Shown: positions 34,254 through 36,987 of the stretch, piece by piece
How the letters are laid out: each line of letters begins with the position of its first letter
Numbering within the stretch: the stretch's first letter is position 1
DNA from: Spirochaetia bacterium
Lineage (GTDB): Bacteria > Spirochaetota > Spirochaetia > SZUA-6 > Fen-1364
Reading direction: 5' to 3'
Assembly (NCBI GenBank): GCA_035686185.1
Contig: DASRZR010000429.1
Coordinates: 1 to 36,987 of the forward strand
Length of the DNA: 36,987 nt
Position numbers and translations under genes: made by a program
The notes under the pieces: generated by a model
What the model was told of the DNA's origin: nothing
The model's database searches: none
What the model saw: only the letters and a program-made list of their open reading frames with translations

Positions 34254-35390
34254 ATGCCGCGCAGCCCCCTGGAGATCGAACGGGACGCGGTGGTCCGCCG
34301 CTCGGAGCGGCTGCTGGCGGCCTCCGCCGCGGCGGTTCCGTCCGCGGAATACGCGGAGCTGCTGAGGTCCTACCGACGGCTGCTGGGGAAGTTCTCCAAG
34401 GTGATGGTGATCTCCGACTCCTACGATGCGCAGCTGAAGACGCTCACCGAGCAGCTCGAGAACCTGCGTTCCCTGGCGCTGCCCATCTGCATGTTCTGCA
34501 AAAAGGTGCGGGTGGACGACGACTACTGGGAGCAGATCGAGGGCTACTTCGCCAAGCACATCGACGTAGCCTTCACGCACGGCATCTGCCCCACCTGCAT
34601 GGAAGACCGCTACGGGGAGATCATGAGCACGCCGGAGGGCCGGGAGCGGATTGCCGCGGACGTGCGAGCTCAGGCAGACCGACAGACGGGCGCCGTCCCG
34701 CAGGAGGACGAAGCGGTGCGCGCCGCGGAGGATCTGCTGGGCACGCCCACCGCCGGTGTCGGCACCCTGCGGGCGGGGCTGCGGAAGCTCGCGGACCGCT
34801 ACCGGCGCCTGCTGCGGCGAATGGGCAAGATCCTCCTCATCAGTGACGGCTACCAGGCACGCCTCATGGACATGAACGTCCGCCTGAACCTGCTGGCGCA
34901 TACCGACGGTCTCACCGGCCTGGCCAACCGGCACGCCGGCATGGAAAGGCTGGAAGCGGAGCGCAGCCGCGCCGAACGACACGGCCAGCCGCTCTCGGTG
35001 GCCATCGCTGACGTGGACGGGTTCAAGGCAGTGAACGACGCGCTTGGCCACGAGGCCGGGGATGTGCTCCTGCGGGAGCTGGGCCAGCTCCTGCGCTCCC
35101 AGATGCGCAAGGAGGATACCTGCGCCCGGTGGGGAGGGGAGGAGTTCATCCTGGTGCTGCCGGAAACCGGCGGGGAGGCGGCCGAGGCGTTCCTGTCCAA
35201 GCTCCTTGCCGCCGTGCGCCGGATGCGGGTACCCTACCGGGGACAATCCCTGCAGTGCACGCTCAGCGCCGGGTGCGCATCGCTTGCGGCCGGCCGCAGC
35301 TCCGACGACCTGCTGCGGCTGGCAGACGCGGCCCTGTACCAGGCCAAGAAGTCCGGCAAGGATCGCGTGCAGCGTGTCGAGGGGGCCTGA
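34254..35390 (+). CDS. siaD: Diguanylate cyclase (GGDEF, GGEEF active site, RxxD I-site) with an extended N-terminus: duplicated stalk motif plus Cys2-His-Cys2 module (SiaD-like)
   Basis: DGLTGLANR, DVDGFKAVND, RKED-x5-GGEEF, and ADAALYQAKKSGKDR. N-terminal residues 1-175 are described under findings. Confidence 0.85.
   Translation: MPRSPLEIERDAVVRRSERLLAASAAAVPSAEYAELLRSYRRLLGKFSKVMVISDSYDAQLKTLTEQLENLRSLALPICMFCKKVRVDDDYWEQIEGYFAKHIDVAFTHGICPTCMEDRYGEIMSTPEGRERIAADVRAQADRQTGAVPQEDEAVRAAEDLLGTPTAGVGTLRAGLRKLADRYRRLLRRMGKILLISDGYQARLMDMNVRLNLLAHTDGLTGLANRHAGMERLEAERSRAERHGQPLSVAIADVDGFKAVNDALGHEAGDVLLRELGQLLRSQMRKEDTCARWGGEEFILVLPETGGEAAEAFLSKLLAAVRRMRVPYRGQSLQCTLSAGCASLAAGRSSDDLLRLADAALYQAKKSGKDRVQRVEGA
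34482..34619 (+). other. Cys2-His-Cys2 putative zinc-ribbon-like module inside the SiaD-like protein (aa 77-122)
   Basis: PICMFCKKVRVDDDYWEQIEGYFAKHIDVAFTHGICPTCMEDRYGE. CxxC (C79, C82) and CxxC (C112, C115) bracket H102 and H109. Confidence 0.6.
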
Positions 35391-35432
35391 GCGGAGGTCA
35401 CCCGAAACGCGGCCCGCGCGCGGAGCCCGGCC

Positions 35433-36242
35433 TCATTCCAGCCGTTCCGAGAGCAACGCCTTCATGTACAGGTTGACCTCCCACAGGTCCGCCACCGGCT
35501 GACGGGTCCATGGCAGCGTCGGCATGTAGGGGACGGGACCGAACTCGGGGCACACGGGAAGCACCGCGGTGCCTCGGGCCCGGTGGATGGCAGCGATCTG
35601 CTTCCACCACGCGAGGTGCGCTTCCACGGCCTCCCGCCATTCCGGCGCCCCCGGGTGGGTGACCTGAGGTCCCTGCGCGTGCCCGACGCGCGCGTGGATA
35701 TGCCACGCGGCCTCGCAGGCCCTGCGGATCGCCTCCGCCTGGTCTTCCAGCAGGGACTCGTGGACGCAGCACCAGTGGGAGAAGTCAGCGGTCAGGCGCA
35801 GTCCGGGCAGCGCGTCCAGGAGCGCCATCGTGGCAGGGGCGCTGAACAGGGCGCGGCCCCGGTGCGTTTCGTGAAGCACGGTCACGCCGAGCTCCTGTTC
35901 GAGAGAGGCGGCCGCGCGGAACACCACGAGGTTCTCCTCCCGTGTGAAGATGTCCCGCCCCGTGTGTGAGTTCACGAACAGCGGGGAAAGCTCCTTGGCC
36001 CGGCGGTACTGCTCCTCGAAGCTCTTCGCGTGTTCCTGCGGCGTTCTCCCGGCGGTCCACTGCTGGGCCACGAGACCAAGCCCGTGGCGCCGCAGCGCCT
36101 CCTTCAGGGTCCGCCGCTCGGAGGCGTCCGCCGGCACGCCGGCCTCCACCGCCTCGAAACCCGCCTCATGGATGAGAGCCAGGTTGTCTTCCAGGCCGGG
36201 GCGGTCCATTCCCCACATCCCGCGGACAAAGAGTGTCTTCAT
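35433..36242 (-). CDS. Sugar phosphate isomerase/epimerase family protein (xylose-isomerase-like TIM barrel)
   Basis: 269 aa from ATG 36242 (MKTLFVRG…), with …NSHTG…, …LHETHRG… and …DFSHW… metal-ligand-type motifs. TTGACA-N17-TTCGAT-N8-ATG lies upstream. Confidence 0.7.
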   Translation of the reverse strand: MKTLFVRGMWGMDRPGLEDNLALIHEAGFEAVEAGVPADASERRTLKEALRRHGLGLVAQQWTAGRTPQEHAKSFEEQYRRAKELSPLFVNSHTGRDIFTREENLVVFRAAASLEQELGVTVLHETHRGRALFSAPATMALLDALPGLRLTADFSHWCCVHESLLEDQAEAIRRACEAAWHIHARVGHAQGPQVTHPGAPEWREAVEAHLAWWKQIAAIHRARGTAVLPVCPEFGPVPYMPTLPWTRQPVADLWEVNLYMKALLSERLE

Positions 36243-36250
36243 CGCCAACA

Positions 36251-36279
36251 ATCGAAAGACTCCACGGCCGCCGTGTCAA
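36251..36279 (-). promoter_or_regulatory. Candidate promoter of the TIM-barrel gene at 35433..36242
   Basis: On the minus strand: consensus TTGACA (36274-36279) - 17 nt - TTCGAT (36251-36256) - 8 nt - ATG 36242. Confidence 0.35.
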
Positions 36280-36340
36280 CCCGTGAGGCCGACCGGGCCC
36301 ATTGTGCCCCGCGGGTCCGCCGGCTATGATTCGCTCACCC

Positions 36341-36987
36341 ATGTCTGGCGCCCCCTTGCAGGAGCCTTCCCAGGCGGTCGGCGGAGAGTTCGCGGTAACC
36401 GCCACGTTCCCCCGGCTGGCGGACGTCGTCGCCTTCCAGGAAGGGACCGCGCCGTTCGCGTACGGGTACTACCGCTACGTCTCGCATCCCTACCTGAAAC
36501 GGATCGAGGATTCCCTGAAGGCGCTGTTCGGCTGCCGCCACTGCCGCCTTGCCGGCTCCCGGGAGGCTGCCCTCCTGGAGCTCCTGCTGTGCCTGCACGC
36601 GCCGGGGACCCGGACTGGTCTTGCCATGATTCCGTGCGAAGGCTCACCGGTCCCCTTCCGTGACACCGGCTTCCTGCCGGCCTGTGACGCGCCGGAGTTC
36701 GCGTTCCTCGCCCGGGGACAGATGCCGGGCGCGCAGGACGTGGTGATCGTCACCGCGCGCGCGGGGGAGCGGCTTTCCGCCGCGCGGATGGAGGAGGCCC
36801 GCCGGGCCGGCGACAATGGCGCCACCGTGGTGGTGCTGCTTTCCGAGGTGCCGTCCCGCGCCCCCGCCGTGCCCGGCGCGAAGTTCTGGATCACGCCGCT
36901 GCCGTCCGACGTTCACGGCGCCGCGGTGGTCGGCGCCTCGGACCGCGCCATGGATCGCCTGGGGCAGCAGATGCGCCGCCGGGGGCT
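36341..36987 (+). CDS. Possible PLP-dependent (Cys/Met-metabolism-type) enzyme, 3' end outside window
   Basis: This frame is not in the ORF track because it has no stop before the window edge. It is open from ATG 36341 to 36987 with strongly GC-rich third positions. YGYYRYVSHPYLKRIEDSLKALFGCRHCRLAGSREAALLELL resembles the Y.R..NP....LE..LA.LEG......SG.AA N-terminal pattern of that family. TATGAT box at 36325-36330. Confidence 0.45.
   Translation, partial: MSGAPLQEPSQAVGGEFAVTATFPRLADVVAFQEGTAPFAYGYYRYVSHPYLKRIEDSLKALFGCRHCRLAGSREAALLELLLCLHAPGTRTGLAMIPCEGSPVPFRDTGFLPACDAPEFAFLARGQMPGAQDVVIVTARAGERLSAARMEEARRAGDNGATVVVLLSEVPSRAPAVPGAKFWITPLPSDVHGAAVVGASDRAMDRLGQQMRRRG

Noticed and set aside
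36249-36251. TTG 36251 (ORF-track start, MLAMKTLF…) and ATG 36326 as starts for the two divergent terminal genes.
   Set aside because: TTG 36251 would fall inside the predicted -10 (TTCGAT, 36251-36256). ATG 36326 lies inside the TATGAT box (36325-36330). ATG 36242 and ATG 36341 fit the promoter geometry seen throughout the window.
1-36987. Mobile elements, prophage, CRISPR, defence islands, tandem DNA repeats and rRNA/tRNA genes.
   Set aside because: Reading all recognisable ORFs showed no transposase, integrase, recombinase, Cas, restriction or toxin-antitoxin-like proteins. I noticed no regularly spaced direct repeats or long terminal inverted repeats by eye. A computational repeat or tRNA scan was not possible and could still find small elements.

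Overview
High-GC bacterial chromosomal segment (roughly two-thirds G+C by eye, not computed), densely coding on both strands. I call 36 intact or window-truncated CDS, 2 pseudogenes, 1 clear bidirectional terminator and several candidate promoters. I recognised no rRNA/tRNA, CRISPR array, transposase, integrase or phage-like gene, so this looks like core or accessory metabolic chromosome rather than a mobile island. Gene order: (1) 1-2.5 kb: adenylate-forming ligase translationally coupled to an S51 peptidase, then DUF2203 and DUF2277. (2) 2.7-7.4 kb: small housekeeping or detoxification families (metallophosphoesterase, tandem PhnB/VOC, PEBP lipoprotein, DinB, dienelactone hydrolase). (3) 7.5-15.7 kb: an arabinose-related region with a frameshifted GH51 arabinofuranosidase and a non-canonical araA cluster (RPE-like epimerase, two Zn polyol dehydrogenases, TIM-barrel isomerase/epimerase, AraA; no araB or araD). 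(4) 15.7-24.1 kb: VOC, transaldolase, fabV, mtnA, a secreted HEXXH protein, a GyrI-like protein next to a decayed AraC/GyrI regulator, an SDR, a small ORF and ribA. (5) 24.2-31.3 kb: a divergent AraA/FucI-family isomerase plus an RhaS/LsrB-type ABC importer operon, divergent from an AraC regulator. (6) 31.3-35.4 kb: a four-gene SiaABCD-type partner-switch c-di-GMP module. (7) 35.4-37.0 kb: a TIM-barrel protein and a truncated PLP-enzyme-like gene. The most interesting signal is the sia-like operon. Its diguanylate cyclase has a duplicated stalk motif and an embedded Cys2-His-Cys2 module, and the operon sits directly behind the sugar-locus AraC gene. A window-wide pattern also stands out: first genes of transcription units carry a -10-like hexamer 5-10 nt from the start codon and no Shine-Dalgarno sequence (leaderless-type), whereas operon-internal genes have GGAGG-type sites. 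All family assignments come from reading motifs in the translations. No database search was run.
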